Origin: Ophelia neglecta
Taxonomy: Eukaryota
DNA: 64,000 bases
Reading direction: 5' to 3'
Assembly: GCA_965285935.1 (NCBI GenBank)
Contig: OZ260661.1
Span: forward strand, 46,438,001 to 46,502,000
Notes under the pieces: model-generated
Told to the model about the DNA's origin: nothing
What the model saw: the letters and a program-made list of their open reading frames with translations, nothing else
Database searches by the model: none
Translations under genes and position numbers: made by a program
Shown here: positions 26,871-39,500 of the stretch, one piece after another
Position numbering within the stretch: position 1 is the stretch's first letter
How the letters are laid out: each line of letters begins with the position of its first letter

Positions 26871-28950
26871 ATATCCCTATATGCTACAGCTTTAGAAGAT
26901 CCACATTAATTCCACTCTTATGAACAAAACCTCAATCCATCTTTGGTCAAATTGGAAGCAAATTGCTTTATTTCTGACCTAAGCTCTTCTAATTTGGCTT
27001 AATTAGAAAAATTATCTATGGACCCGGAATATCATGACTGCATCCATTAGATTGGCAAGTAATTAATATGAAATAGATGGACTGTTTTTTTTTAAACATG
27101 ATTCACTAAGTTGCTGCATATACTGATGTGATTCATTGGGACTTCTTACTTGTTCATTTGCAGACTGGACAGGGAAAGTGAATAATTGCTAATTAGTGAA
27201 AACTGATTAGATGTATCCAGTATGTGGATTATTTCTTCTGAGTGTTTTTTTTTCTTTAAACCCCCTATGATAAATTGCACAACTGCACCTGTTCATACAT
27301 TTTGGGAGCTTCAGCAAGTGGCCAAGTTCCCATGGAATGGAACATTATTCAAGAGAATGAGCCAATAATTAAAACACTCAGTCCCTGAGGAAAATTAATG
27401 GCCAACTTCTTTTATTAAGAAGAAATTATCAAGAAGGTTTTCTGCATTACATATATATATATATATGCATTTTTTACTATAACTTTTGTCAGAAATATGA
27501 TAATTTTGGAATTTAATGAAGGAATTAATAATAGGCAGTGATTGCTAACAAAAGTAGCTCCATTTATTTATCGGTAATAATCGAAAGTCACAAGTCTTGT
27601 CAGATTTCCTCCTCTTTTGTTAGCAGATATTTAGACATAGGAGTAATGCACTGGCATAGATCACTGGTGTTATGACTGGCTAGCAACTACCAAAAACTAC
27701 CTTTGTCTTCGAATTTTTAATATTAAAATATCACTTAAAATGGGTTTTATCCAGATTTTCAGCTTTTTCAAAGTACTTGTGTGTATATGTAATAGATGTA
27801 TCCTGACTCTTGCTAATGATCCCCACCAAGGGTACATCACTTCCTGCATCAGTCAAAGGCGAAGTGATCAACAATGCTAAACACAATCTGTACCCACACT
27901 CTGTATAGCTATTCCTACATCACTAGCCACACACTGCATGCTTGTGGAATTCACCTCTGGCAAAGCAGTGTCTAGGACCTTACCAATAAGTTTGGCACCA
28001 GCGAAAGATCAAGAATTGCATAACAAAATGCCTTTCCCTGATTAGCAAGACAGAGATATACATACATGTACACTGGGGGACAAGAACTCTACTATTGATC
28101 CTGACCATCAAATCCAGCACAACTTTGTCCTCCATGGCAGGCCCATGCTCGTTATGCCCATTTACTTCCCAGTTGATTCTTCATCAGTTCTTGTTATGTG
28201 TACTGAAGGGTCTGATACCTGTTTACCACTTGCTCACATTATTATGCACTAAAGAAGCAGTATAATTCAACAATCCAACATTGCACAATTACAGTAGATA
28301 AAAATCATTTTTCACAATAGTCAAGTAAAAACTAATGAAGCTAGCCAGAAATACAAACCTATTATGAAGAGTTCCTTTGCATTTCCAGCGTATAAAGTCC
28401 TTTTACTTGTTGTTGGTGACTGAATTGCCAAGGAACTAGCCCACAAAATGATTATAAACCTAGGCATAGAATATTGAAATACTAATGGACTGGTATAAAC
28501 TATAAATAAGTTATACAAGTGCCTAGTTACCTTCATTGTGACCAAAGTCAACACCATACAACATGCCAATGATCCACAAGTCATAAGATTATAGTTCTGT
28601 AAAATGAGTCATTATATTATAGTTCTTCAAATCCAAGTCATTAGATTATAGTCCATAAAAACTGAATGGATATTTTTTGTCAGCTGAAAATCAAACTTCC
28701 TCATTTCCTGGTTGACTGTTTTTCAAAGCAATACCTGAAATGTGTATTACTGAGCACCTTCCTCTTTATTTGCTTCTTATGGGTCAAATAAACCCTATAT
28801 TTGTTTTGTACAATTTTCAAGACATGTAAGAATTATTTCACATAGTAAATAAGAAAAATAATGTTATTACATCATTTGAATGTAACATACATGTATAATG
28901 TTCATTACACATGAGTCTCCTATTCTTACATTTCTTTTGCTTTCTTTCAG

Positions 28951-31397
28951 AACCCCAAAACTTTGTATGCAGCAACTGCAAATCCCAGTTTTCTTCACCT
29001 TGGTTCCTGTTGCAACATGTACAGAATCATCATGGCATCCAAATATATGAAGAAAAATCACCCGAAAGAAAGCCTTCGCCATCAATTCACAGCCGACAAA
29101 ATGAAATTGGTCGAAAGGACCAGGGACTCCTGCCTGAACCTAAAGAAGAACCATCTATTGATCGACGAGGTAGCTCTTCAACTTCATCATCAACAGTTGT
29201 GCATTCCAATGCCAAGATCAGTATGGCCAGGTCGCCTTCAACCCAAATGTCACCATGTGGATCAACCAGCATTTTCCCACATCCAACACCACAATTTCCA
29301 CTACCCACCTCAAGGCAGCCAATGACAGCGGCCTATGGGTCAGGACTCCCCTCGCCATTTCCCCGTCCACCTCATCTCAGCCAAGATGCAATCAACCGGC
29401 TTATGTCTGACTTTAACCATCACCCCAGTGGTCCATTTGGAAATAGGATGCCCTACTCTTTACCTATAGATCCAATGATCCCAGGCTTTCCTATCCACCC
29501 TGCAAATGAGGGTTTATCAAATGAATCAGTTATGGCAATATATTCTCGCCGCTTGAGAGAACTTGCCAATCCACAACCAAACCCGAGCAGTCCCCCACTT
29601 GGTAGGAAACACAATGTAAACATGTTCTCCTCAAGAGAGAAGGAAAGGAGAAACAGTGAGACCAATGGTTCAACCTTTAGCAGCAATACCCCAAGCAAAT
29701 CCCATTCAACAGAGGACTTGGCAAAAAGTTTTCTGCCTCCTAAGCTCAAACAATGTGAGTACTGTAACAAGCGTTTTAGATTCCAAAGTAATCTAATAGT
29801 CCATCGTAGGTCTCATACAGGCCAGAAACCATACAAGTGCCCTGTATGTCAACATGCTTGCACCCAGGCTTCAAAACTGAAGAGGCACATGAAGATTCAT
29901 ACCAAGAGTCTATTTGGTATTGGACTTTCAGGGCTATCACCCAATAAGGAGGATAGTATGGTATCTGCCAACAGTACCCCAGACAAGTATTCTAAACAAG
30001 AGGACGAACTTTTATCTGCAGATATAGAGGAGAGTGAGGAAGATGAAGAAGAACTTGATGAGGAAGAATTAGAAGCCAGAGAAAGGGAGGCAGAACAAGA
30101 GATAAACATCCTGAAGCAGCAGGTCAGAAGAGTTCAGCTAGCAAGACAAGGGTCAGAGAAAGCAAATGACATTGATAGTTCTTCTGTAAAAGATGGAGAT
30201 GAACCTACTGATCTCAGCAGGCGTTCATTGGACTCTGAAAATGGACACACACCTGTACAGACACCCAATAGCAAGTCCGGAGCAGAGACTCCCACTGACT
30301 TATCCATGTCCAGGGCTGCCTTGATCAATGAAGTTATGCAGGACTCTCCTTTGGTAGACATGCCTATGGTCAAGAAAGCATACCTTCAGGCCATGGAAGA
30401 AAGCAAGCATGGACAAAGAGGTTCTGTAAGTCCAACATCTGATGATCTTGAGAAAAAGAGTATAACTGAGAATGGACTACAGAACAGCCCTAGGGGATCA
30501 TGTAGGAGTACACCATCTTCCAAACAAGAAAGCCCATCACCTAGTCACCATCCCATGGACTACAGCCCTGGGAGAGAAGAAGTAGGGGAACCTGTGACAA
30601 AGAGAGTAAAGAGTGAAACCCCTGAGCGGCAGCAGCCAATGGGTCGACACCCCTCTTTCCCTACCAATTTGGATCTGTATCACAGGGAACTCTACCCACC
30701 TCCCTTCCCATGGTTTGCTAGTAGAGGGCCACAAGATTTCATGGGACTACCTAGAAATGAAACCTTACTTCCCTATGTACATAATCGCTTCCAAAATGGT
30801 GACAATCTTTTAAAACCTCCATTGGACGGTCACAAGCCAAGAATGACCCATGGAGGGCTTCATGGCTTGCCAAGGCAGGTGGTGACATCTGTAACATCCC
30901 CAAGTGGTTCACCCCCTGGCGGCATCCCTGGCGTTCCTATGCGACGGCGTAATGATACCTGTGAATTCTGCGGGAAGATCTTCAAGAACTGCAGCAACCT
31001 GACTGTGCATCGGAGATCACACACCGGTGAGAAACCTTACAAATGCGACCTTTGCAGCTATGCATGTGCTCAGTCATCAAAACTGACTCGTCACATGAAA
31101 ACTCATGGCCGCCTAGGAAAAGATGTCTACCGATGTAAGTTCTGCAGTATGCCCTTCAGTGTCCCTTCAACGCTGGAGAAACACATGCGAAAGTGTGTTG
31201 AGAACCAGCAAAGTCGACCATTGCCTTCTAGTATGACAAACACAGATACGACTGGTTCGACGAGCAGTGTATCATCCAATGTGTCGGTTTCATCTCCAGT
31301 GATGCAGTCTCCAGTGGAATCTATGCCTGGCATGCAGTCCCCTGATGATATGCCAGAAATGCAGTCACCAGATTCTCTACCGGTAATGCACTCCTAG
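28951..31397 (+). CDS. BCL11: BCL11-family zinc-finger transcription factor, large terminal coding exon (ZF1, ZF2-3, acidic tract, ZF4-6, stop)
   Basis: Acceptor tttcttttgctttctttcag|AA at 28950/28951, phase 1. Translation EPQNFVCSNCKSQFSSPWFLLQHVQNHHGIQIY resembles the BCL11A ZF1 region. CEYCNKRFRFQSNLIVHRRSHTGQKPYKCPVCQHACTQASKLKRHMKIH and DTCEFCGKIFKNCSNLTVHRRSHTGEKPYKCDLCSYACAQSSKLTRHMKTHG...CKFCSMPFSVPSTLEKHMRKC are near-identical to BCL11A/B ZF2-3 and ZF4-6. It also has YSRRLRELA and an acidic E/D tract. TAG stop at 31395-31397. Confidence 0.96.
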
Positions 31398-34300
31398 ACT
31401 GACTTGATGCAAAGAAATGCACATCCTGTTGCTGAGTATCTTGCAACTCTTCTGCAGTTCCACGGAACATTGGCCGACATTAGCAAACTTAGTTGCAGAT
31501 AATACCTGGCACCTGCCTCCAGCATCTTCTACACAATGCTGTGTTGGCCATATTAGACAAAAACACTACATTAAAGGACAGACTTTTGTTGTTGCTGTTA
31601 TTGGAGATCTCCTCGGTGGCAATGACTGGGGTATAGACCCCCTCACCTGGATTGTATTCCTTGGTTGTTGTGTTGAGCAAAGGCCGCCTGTAGAGCATGC
31701 CAGTTACACTGAATCATCACCCAGTGCTGTGGCGCCAGCAGTCAAAGGAGTGAATGAATGCTGTTACTTGTTTAGGTGACACCTAAAAGACATGGCAGAA
31801 GAAGCAGCCCAACACTTTGGCCAAGCAGCACAACCCAGATGATGTTAACCATGAAATGGATCCTACATAAGTTATAAACTTTACCCGGTGATTATGTATT
31901 GTTAGTTGGTGTTCTAGTTTTCCAATGTTATCTTGCCCTGAACTTATTTACCATAAAAATATTGATTTACATTTAAGATATTGATATTCCCATTTCAAAT
32001 GTATATTGGTTACACATATTTCTACCTGAAATAAGTTGTAAATTCGATTTGCATTTAAACCTAGATGTACCTGATTTCAGGTATTTTTAAATATGATTCT
32101 AACTTGATTGGATTATGGCTTTAGTAAATTTTCACAGAAGGCTCATGCTATAATCTTCAAATCTTATAGTAGGTGCATAATCATAGGAAATAAGGGTTTA
32201 GGGGTTTTTGTATTTGATATGATATTCACTTGCAGTCAAATTGGCAGACAAATGTATGTATTGATGCATGTATTTGTGAAATACTTGCAGGTACAAACAA
32301 GCCTTTAGAGACTGATATATCAGCATCCAAACTTTCCCATTTTTGTAGCATATGATGACGTACTACTGTCTCAAGCAATACATTTAGTGTGATAATGTCG
32401 AATCATAATGATTAACTAAGGGTACCAGGGTTAACTAAATATTGCACATACACATAAGAATAACTATCTAGATTTTTGTAACAATGAGGTGTCAGTCTAC
32501 TTTTTCTAGATGTAAACCTGTTAGTGGCTATTTCTGACTTTGTCAGCAGTGCAACTACAACATTATTATATTCAGCTTGTGTGTTTACTATCGCTTTATC
32601 CAAACAGGTATAAACTGCCACCAAAGCCAATATAATATTATCCCTTGCTATACACTAATAACCCATTTATAGTGACTGAAATTATCAGTACATTTCACAT
32701 ATTTGATGATACTAGTTATTCTTCACATGTTTGATTGATACAGACCATTTGGTGCCTCTTGCGTTGTATTATTGCTTTAAAAGCAGATATTTTTGAGGAA
32801 GGATTATTATAAGCTTCCCAGAAGCAGTGAGAATTCAATTTACATACATATAATCTAAGACTGTTTTTACATTAGAGGTATTTGCTGTATGATATGAATG
32901 CTTATAGATCATGGTACTATCCACAAAACAATTACTGAATGCTGTTTGTTTGCCCATTTGCCATGATAAGAGAGCGAACCACATATTGGAAGTTGCAATG
33001 ATGAGGTAATACAACATTGGCTGTTTAAAACAGTGGAAGTATTATTGCTTATAGCTGGATCCCTGGTCAGTTTGTTATAGTAAGACTCTGTGAGAGAATC
33101 TGTTCAAAACCATAATAATTCTGTGCTGTGTAACAGCTGTATCTTGTATATACTGTCGTATAAAAATATGTGTATATTTCTTGTGTAAGTACATTGAAAG
33201 AGTGTCTTCATCTGGAATAATGAGACTAAAACTAAACTTGAAAATGTGAAGCTTTGTCTCGGACAATGCACATTCAGAGAGATGTCTTCAAACATTCTTT
33301 TATAATTGGTGGAATATTAAGTATGTTATAGAGATAATGCACATGTCCTTGTGACAGTATATGCCAGGACTTTTGAGTTGGATTCAATGTTTCCAAATCT
33401 GGTTGAAGGTGCCATATTTCATTATGCATATGCATAAGTTGAATCCTGTCATTCAGCATTATATATGCACATGTTTGAAATTGATAGCTTGCATCCCTCC
33501 CTCCATACCTTGTGGCATATTGAAAGTTGTCGGCATATTCAAGCCATTTGGTTGTTAATAGAATTTTCTTTCTGGTAAAATCTGATGTAAATAGTTTGGT
33601 CTCATCCAGCAATTGTGAAAGAAAAAGGGTCATGTTAACTGTAGTAATTATGTCTTAACAGTAGTGTTTACCTCTAATGAATGAAATATGTTTTTAACTG
33701 TATATTAATGCTTTGCTACTTTAGTGCCATATTCTTGCTTTGTAGGTGCTTTTATACATCAGTAATTCAAGGTGTGTACCTTTTTCACCATATTGATATT
33801 AGTTTCCAAGTCTTGTATGACATTTTGTGTTCAATATGACTGAACTTTTAAAATGAATATCTTCATTAACATTTAGCCATTCTTGCAAATTCTGAACCAC
33901 AATTGTTCCAAAGGAGTGAATTGTGATAATTGTATGGCAATGTGCATGTATATATTTTCTTTGTTATGTCTTTACTTGTCCAAATTATATTTTATCTGCT
34001 TAAACTGATTTTACACATTTTGATTTTAAACAGAGTATTTCTCTTCCCTTTCGTATATCAAGTAGAACTTTACTTTAATTGGCAAATTGCAGTTGTTAAT
34101 TAAGTATTTTTTTCCTAACTAGATGTAAGCATATTCCCTAGACAGTTTGCTCACTTTTATTCTTCTTTTCATAGTCCATCTTTGAACAAGTAAATTGTAA
34201 TATGCATATGTGTAGTCAGATTTTGTCCCCATGAATGTAAAACAATGTTTGGTTCAATCGGATGCTATGCCCTACATTGCCACAAAAAGTTCACTATATC

Positions 34301-36510
34301 AGATAATTAATAGTGACTGCATATTAATTAATTTGGGCAACTTCTGTTTTTATTTTAAAGAAAATAAAATTGCAGTAGCCCAGTCCATAAAATCTTGCCA
34401 CATACATTATTTTCTGTGTAACTTAGTAATGACAAATTATAACATTATTTTGGCTCACTAGCAGCTTTTATCTTTGTGCCATAGACTAAGTAATATTTTG
34501 AATATCAATGGTACATCTTTTTGCTTGCTTGTCCCTTTTCATGATTATGCAAATTGGTGGGAATGCAAAAAAAACTGTACATTTGAAGATCACACAGCAT
34601 ATATGACTATGGCAGAATCTGTCCAAAATGTGTTTGTTTTATGATTTTAGGAAAAGGGCATTAAATGTTTATAAGAATTGTGTAATATGTTAACTTGAAA
34701 TTTCTCATTTACATTTTATACCTACCAGTACACTGACGCTCCAACAGGCATTTTCAGCAGCTTTCCTTGAATCTTTTGGACATTATTATTATAATCAGTC
34801 TTGCTGAAATTTGTTCTCTAAATTTGTTAGTGTATTAGATGAGCATGTTGATATTAATATAAATGTATAGCTATTAATACATTGACCTAATATACATATA
34901 CATGTAGATTTCCTAAATTGGAAATACTAGAAGTGTGACATATAGCACTGTGATATTCATTAGTACAAACATTGACTTGATATTAGCATCTCATTTGCTC
35001 TCAATAGGGCACTCTTCATCTTTGTCAATTGCTTGCATATACAAATTGCTTACAGCTCTTAAGAGCCTATAGCTTTTGATTTTCGGAAAGTAAAAGCTCA
35101 TAAAATGAGCTCCATCTCTTGGAGATTGACCACTGTAATGATAGAACCTCCAAGAAGACACAGAAACATCAGCATTGGTAGGGAATCAAAGATTCCTTAT
35201 TTTGAATAGACATTAATTCTGAAAGTATAAAATCATGGGAAGGCTTATAATATCTGATAACCTGAATTGTACCTGAGTCAATTGTGTATGAATTTGAGAA
35301 TATACTACAGTAATACTGTACCCTGCAGTCTAAACAGTGGGTTCTGTACAGAAATGTGCAATATGGGGACAGCTGTCTACCTTGCACACAAAACACAATA
35401 GTTTTTTTTACCTAGATCCACTGCTAGGCTAATTTATTAACTGATCACCGGTGAGGGATAACACTTTTCAATCCACTATGTACCTAAAGTGCTTTAAAAT
35501 TTAAGATATAGTCACCTCCTGCACTTTCCTCTTTCAAAAACATTTTATATTCATATCAGATAGTCCTCTATATATTCTACTGAGCATGTCATTATAGCCC
35601 CTTGTAAAACATGTGTGTTCGAGCGCTAATGTGCTTCTACCTGTTTTCTCTATCAGCAGTTTATCCAACAGTTGTTACAATTTGCTCATATTGTTTAACT
35701 TTGAACATATTTGTGTGGGTGTACAAACTGTATACATAATTTGAGAGCATACTATGAAGTTATGAAAAATTGATGCCTAAAATCTTGCAAAAATTATTAT
35801 GTAACATTTTACAAAAAGTTTGTCAAGTGATGCCAATTGTTGGTATTGGCAGGTCAATGATATATCACCGGACAAAAAATAAGAACACAACATTGCATTC
35901 CTAAATCTAATCTCATAGTCCCACTGACTTATTGGATGGCATAATAATAATAGTAATAATAATTTGTGTTGACATGTGATGTTGTTTCTATATACATATT
36001 ACTTCCTGGTATATTGGCTTGCATCCTCTGATGATAACAAGGCAAGGTGAAATGTTTTGCTTTAGCACCATAGAAGTGTGTGTATTTGAACAGAATTTTT
36101 TCATCAAATTTTAACAAATTGTTAGTAATAAAATGAAAGCACTGTGTAGCTGGCAGTTATTTTTGTGGAACATTGTTAAATGTAGCTAGTGTCCATTCAA
36201 TAGAATAAATAGAAAGACAAAATATAGTCTTAATTACCAACCGCAAGTCATACCAGTACTAACCAGAGGGAGAGAGACAAAGAAAGAGATGATTAATTAC
36301 TGCCTTTACCTGATATTGCTTTTGTGCTTGATGTATCAATGTGTGTCATTATTTATTTGCAGTATTTTGTACATGTAATGTACTCGTACTATAATACTAA
36401 AGCAGTTTAGCAGGATGGGGAACAAGTGGCATTGTATTTAAAATGTTGATGTATGTACTACAGAATGTACCAAGTACACTTTCAGTCAATAAACCTAATC
36501 AGTTGGTTCT
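31398..36510 (+). other. Putative long 3'UTR of BCL11
   Basis: T/GT-rich sequence after the stop with no obvious repeats. It carries miRNA seed matches and Pumilio elements and ends near an AATAAA cluster (36127, 36204, 36488). The extent is inferred; an earlier AATAAA lies at 34363. Confidence 0.5.
36488..36493 (+). terminator. Candidate polyadenylation signal (AATAAA)
   Basis: AATAAA preceded by several TGTA (CFIm-type) motifs (tgtatgtactacagaatgtac) and followed by a GT/T-rich tract (gttggttctaatctgtggtcgctttgtttttatt). Confidence 0.4.
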
Positions 36511-39500
36511 AATCTGTGGTCGCTTTGTTTTTATTATAGTTAGATGCAAGGTTTCTTATTGTTTAATTGCCAAGGCCAAGCCAATTTATCTTAACTTTGT
36601 TTATCATACTTATCTCAAGACATTACAATATAGTTCCTCCCTCAGGGAAGCCTCATAACTAATCTCACATGGAAATTGAATAGACTGTAATATTTCTCTA
36701 GTTGCTTTGAAATTAAACTTTTTTTTTAAATATGTGGACAACTATTCACAACTTAAATTCATATCTAGACATTGTACTTAAAAACTCTGATCTTTTTTCA
36801 CTAAACAGGGTAAGGATCAACAATGGCTAGCAACTTGGACAAAACAAACATGGCACACAAATGGGAAATTGCAAATTCATGTCCACATTAATGGTTCTGA
36901 ATAGTATAATGTGGCCAGTTTTTATTGCTATTTAGCAATACGCACATGACAAGGTCTGGTAGCAATGCTTAGCCCTGCAATATAATGGGGATGGCCTTGC
37001 CACTAGCTAAATATTGACGGAGGAGTGGCGGTAACCTTGAGCCAGCCAGACCGATATCTTGGTCTACCTGAATTACTAGGGCTACAACATGGCTAATGTC
37101 CCACTGAGTACAAACTTACACATAGGTGTTGACAAAGACCTGTGTGGGTAGGTAAATATTGATCTATCATGCTGATAGAAAACCACCTGAGAGCCTTCCC
37201 ACTGACCTAAAAACCTTAGAAACTGATCAAAGTTTGCAGGGTAGAGGAGAAGCCTAAGTATAATGGTCAAGCAAGTAGGTTTCTGTCAGCTCAGTCCTGG
37301 AAGTGGAACATCCATATTTTATCCCCATGAATCTGGATTATTTTTTCAAAGACAGACAACATTTGATGTCACTGATATCAAAAGAAGAAATTGTGAGACT
37401 TTTTTTTTAATTTGCTCCATTGGGTGGCCAAGTTATTTGCTATTTTACGCCAGACGACAAATTAACTGTTCAAAACAGCACTTATGATTAACCACACCTC
37501 CACAAAACTGAGCCCTTACAACGTATGTATTACACGTCCCATTGACTACACGGCCATGATCTTGGCAGTACCAACACCATCAGAGAGAGAGAGATATCCA
37601 TTCCCCTTTTATCCACTAAACCTTCCCTTTGGCATATTATTGTAATATTGTCTGCTTACATGTGGCTTCTGTTATTCTACTACAGGTAAGGCACAGCAGC
37701 AGACAGCTTAAACTGGCCGTGCCTACCTGGGATTCAATCCATTTAAGTTTTAACACAAGGTCACTCATTTGTAGTAACTGCAAAAAAGCATGGCAAAAAC
37801 CATCAAACAGTGTGCCTTCATCTACTTACTAAAGGTAGATACAACTAAACTTTATTGACACTGACACAAAGTAAGGTGGTGATGGCATTGAGACCACCTC
37901 ATATTGAGTCAATCAAAATATGGTGCTGGATATATTTGGGATATGACAATGAACTAATAACACATAGACAGAATGCAGCACTTTACATCATCTCAATTTA
38001 TAAGCAGATTTAGGCTAAGTGTCACCTTATATTGGTATGCAAGGCACACGAGACAGCAATGACATTACATGGCGATCAAATCCTTTCTGTGATTTCAGCA
38101 AAAATATGAGGTGTGTGGCACAATGAAGTCCAACAACAATGAAAGAACCCCATAGAATCTCAGTCAAGCTAACCAAGATCAATAAGGAACTGTGAAGCAA
38201 AAAGCTTGTGAAGCAATCTAGATGTGGGATTGAAATTTATGGACTTGAGAGATAACTGACAAGGCCATGGCATGCAGACCCTGCATCTACAAGGCATTGA
38301 CTGGGCAACTGATGCCAGAACAGATCTGAAGTGAATGGACAGCCGGCCCAAAAGTTGGCTATGATCAGAAAAACACAGACTAATGCTCCCTTATAACCAT
38401 ATAGGGCAGAAATGAAAGAAAATCAACTAATGATGCAGCTGAAACTGTTTTGGACATTGGCAAGGTTGACTCAATAAACGTGCAAAAAAAAGCTAAAGCT
38501 GTTTCATTCCTAAATGCAGTTCAGCTTTCCTAGGAGTGGCACCAGGGAGTAGCATTACAGCAAAAAGCTACCAGACAGCCAGAGGAAGGGACACTGTATG
38601 TGGGTGGAAAATTAAACCTCTCCAGGTCTTGAACTCCTGAAGACTATATCATTCCATGGCAGCTCCTTGGCCGCAGGGTCTTCTGTAATGCAGACTAGAT
38701 TGCATAACTAGTTTTTGAGTCCTGGGGAATTGAATGTTCCCAGAAGGACAACAATGACCTTGGCTGGAGCCAGCAACAGCTCTGGCAGACAAAAGATTGT
38801 GGTCATTACATAGGGATATCCAAGCCACAGTGACCCTGAGAGGCTAGCATGGTGCTGAGCTGGGAATCTTAGAATGGGTTTGACTGAGACATTGGGAGAA
38901 GTCGGTGGCTGATTATCAGTTTACCTGTCTGATGTGTGCATGCTGACTGACAGTGATTAGGAGCACCACAGCTAGCCACACAACGGAGGACTGGCACAAG
39001 GCCTAGTAAATAAGATATTAATACAGTGGTGGGTCAAAACTAAAAGAGGAAAACATGTCATCCTACGTCAATTTTTCTAACAGAGTAAATACAAATAAAA
39101 AAAACTGTTATATAGGTACATAAACAGAGTAAATGTTAAACCAGCTCAATAAGCCAATTAATCCAAAAATTGAAGATAATATATATATATATAAATTTTT
39201 ATATTTCTATATGAAATCAGTCATTGTTGAGAAACAAAATAGCGCTATAATACATAGCAGACCATTCTAAATGAAATTGGATTTGGAGGGCGGGTATGTG
39301 TGTGTGGGTTTGGGGGGGGGGGGTGTATTCTTTTACGAAAAAATATTTTCCTCTCAGTTTTTCTCTCCCTGGTGTTACAAAAATATGCAATAGCTGTGAA
39401 AAAAATAGATTGCCTACCAACTGAATACAAAAGCCTCCCTACCCACCACACTTGTAATGGTTGGTCTGTTACATGTCAAGCTTTATTTCCATGGTAACTT

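Noticed and set aside
28911-28950. ATG at 28911 as start of the 828-aa ORF
   Set aside because: MSLLFLHFFCFLS is the translated polypyrimidine tract of the splice acceptor; homology and phase show the exon starts at 28951.
28963-31333. Antisense and alternate-frame ORFs overlapping the large exon
   Set aside because: Shadow ORFs of the real coding exon with no independent support.
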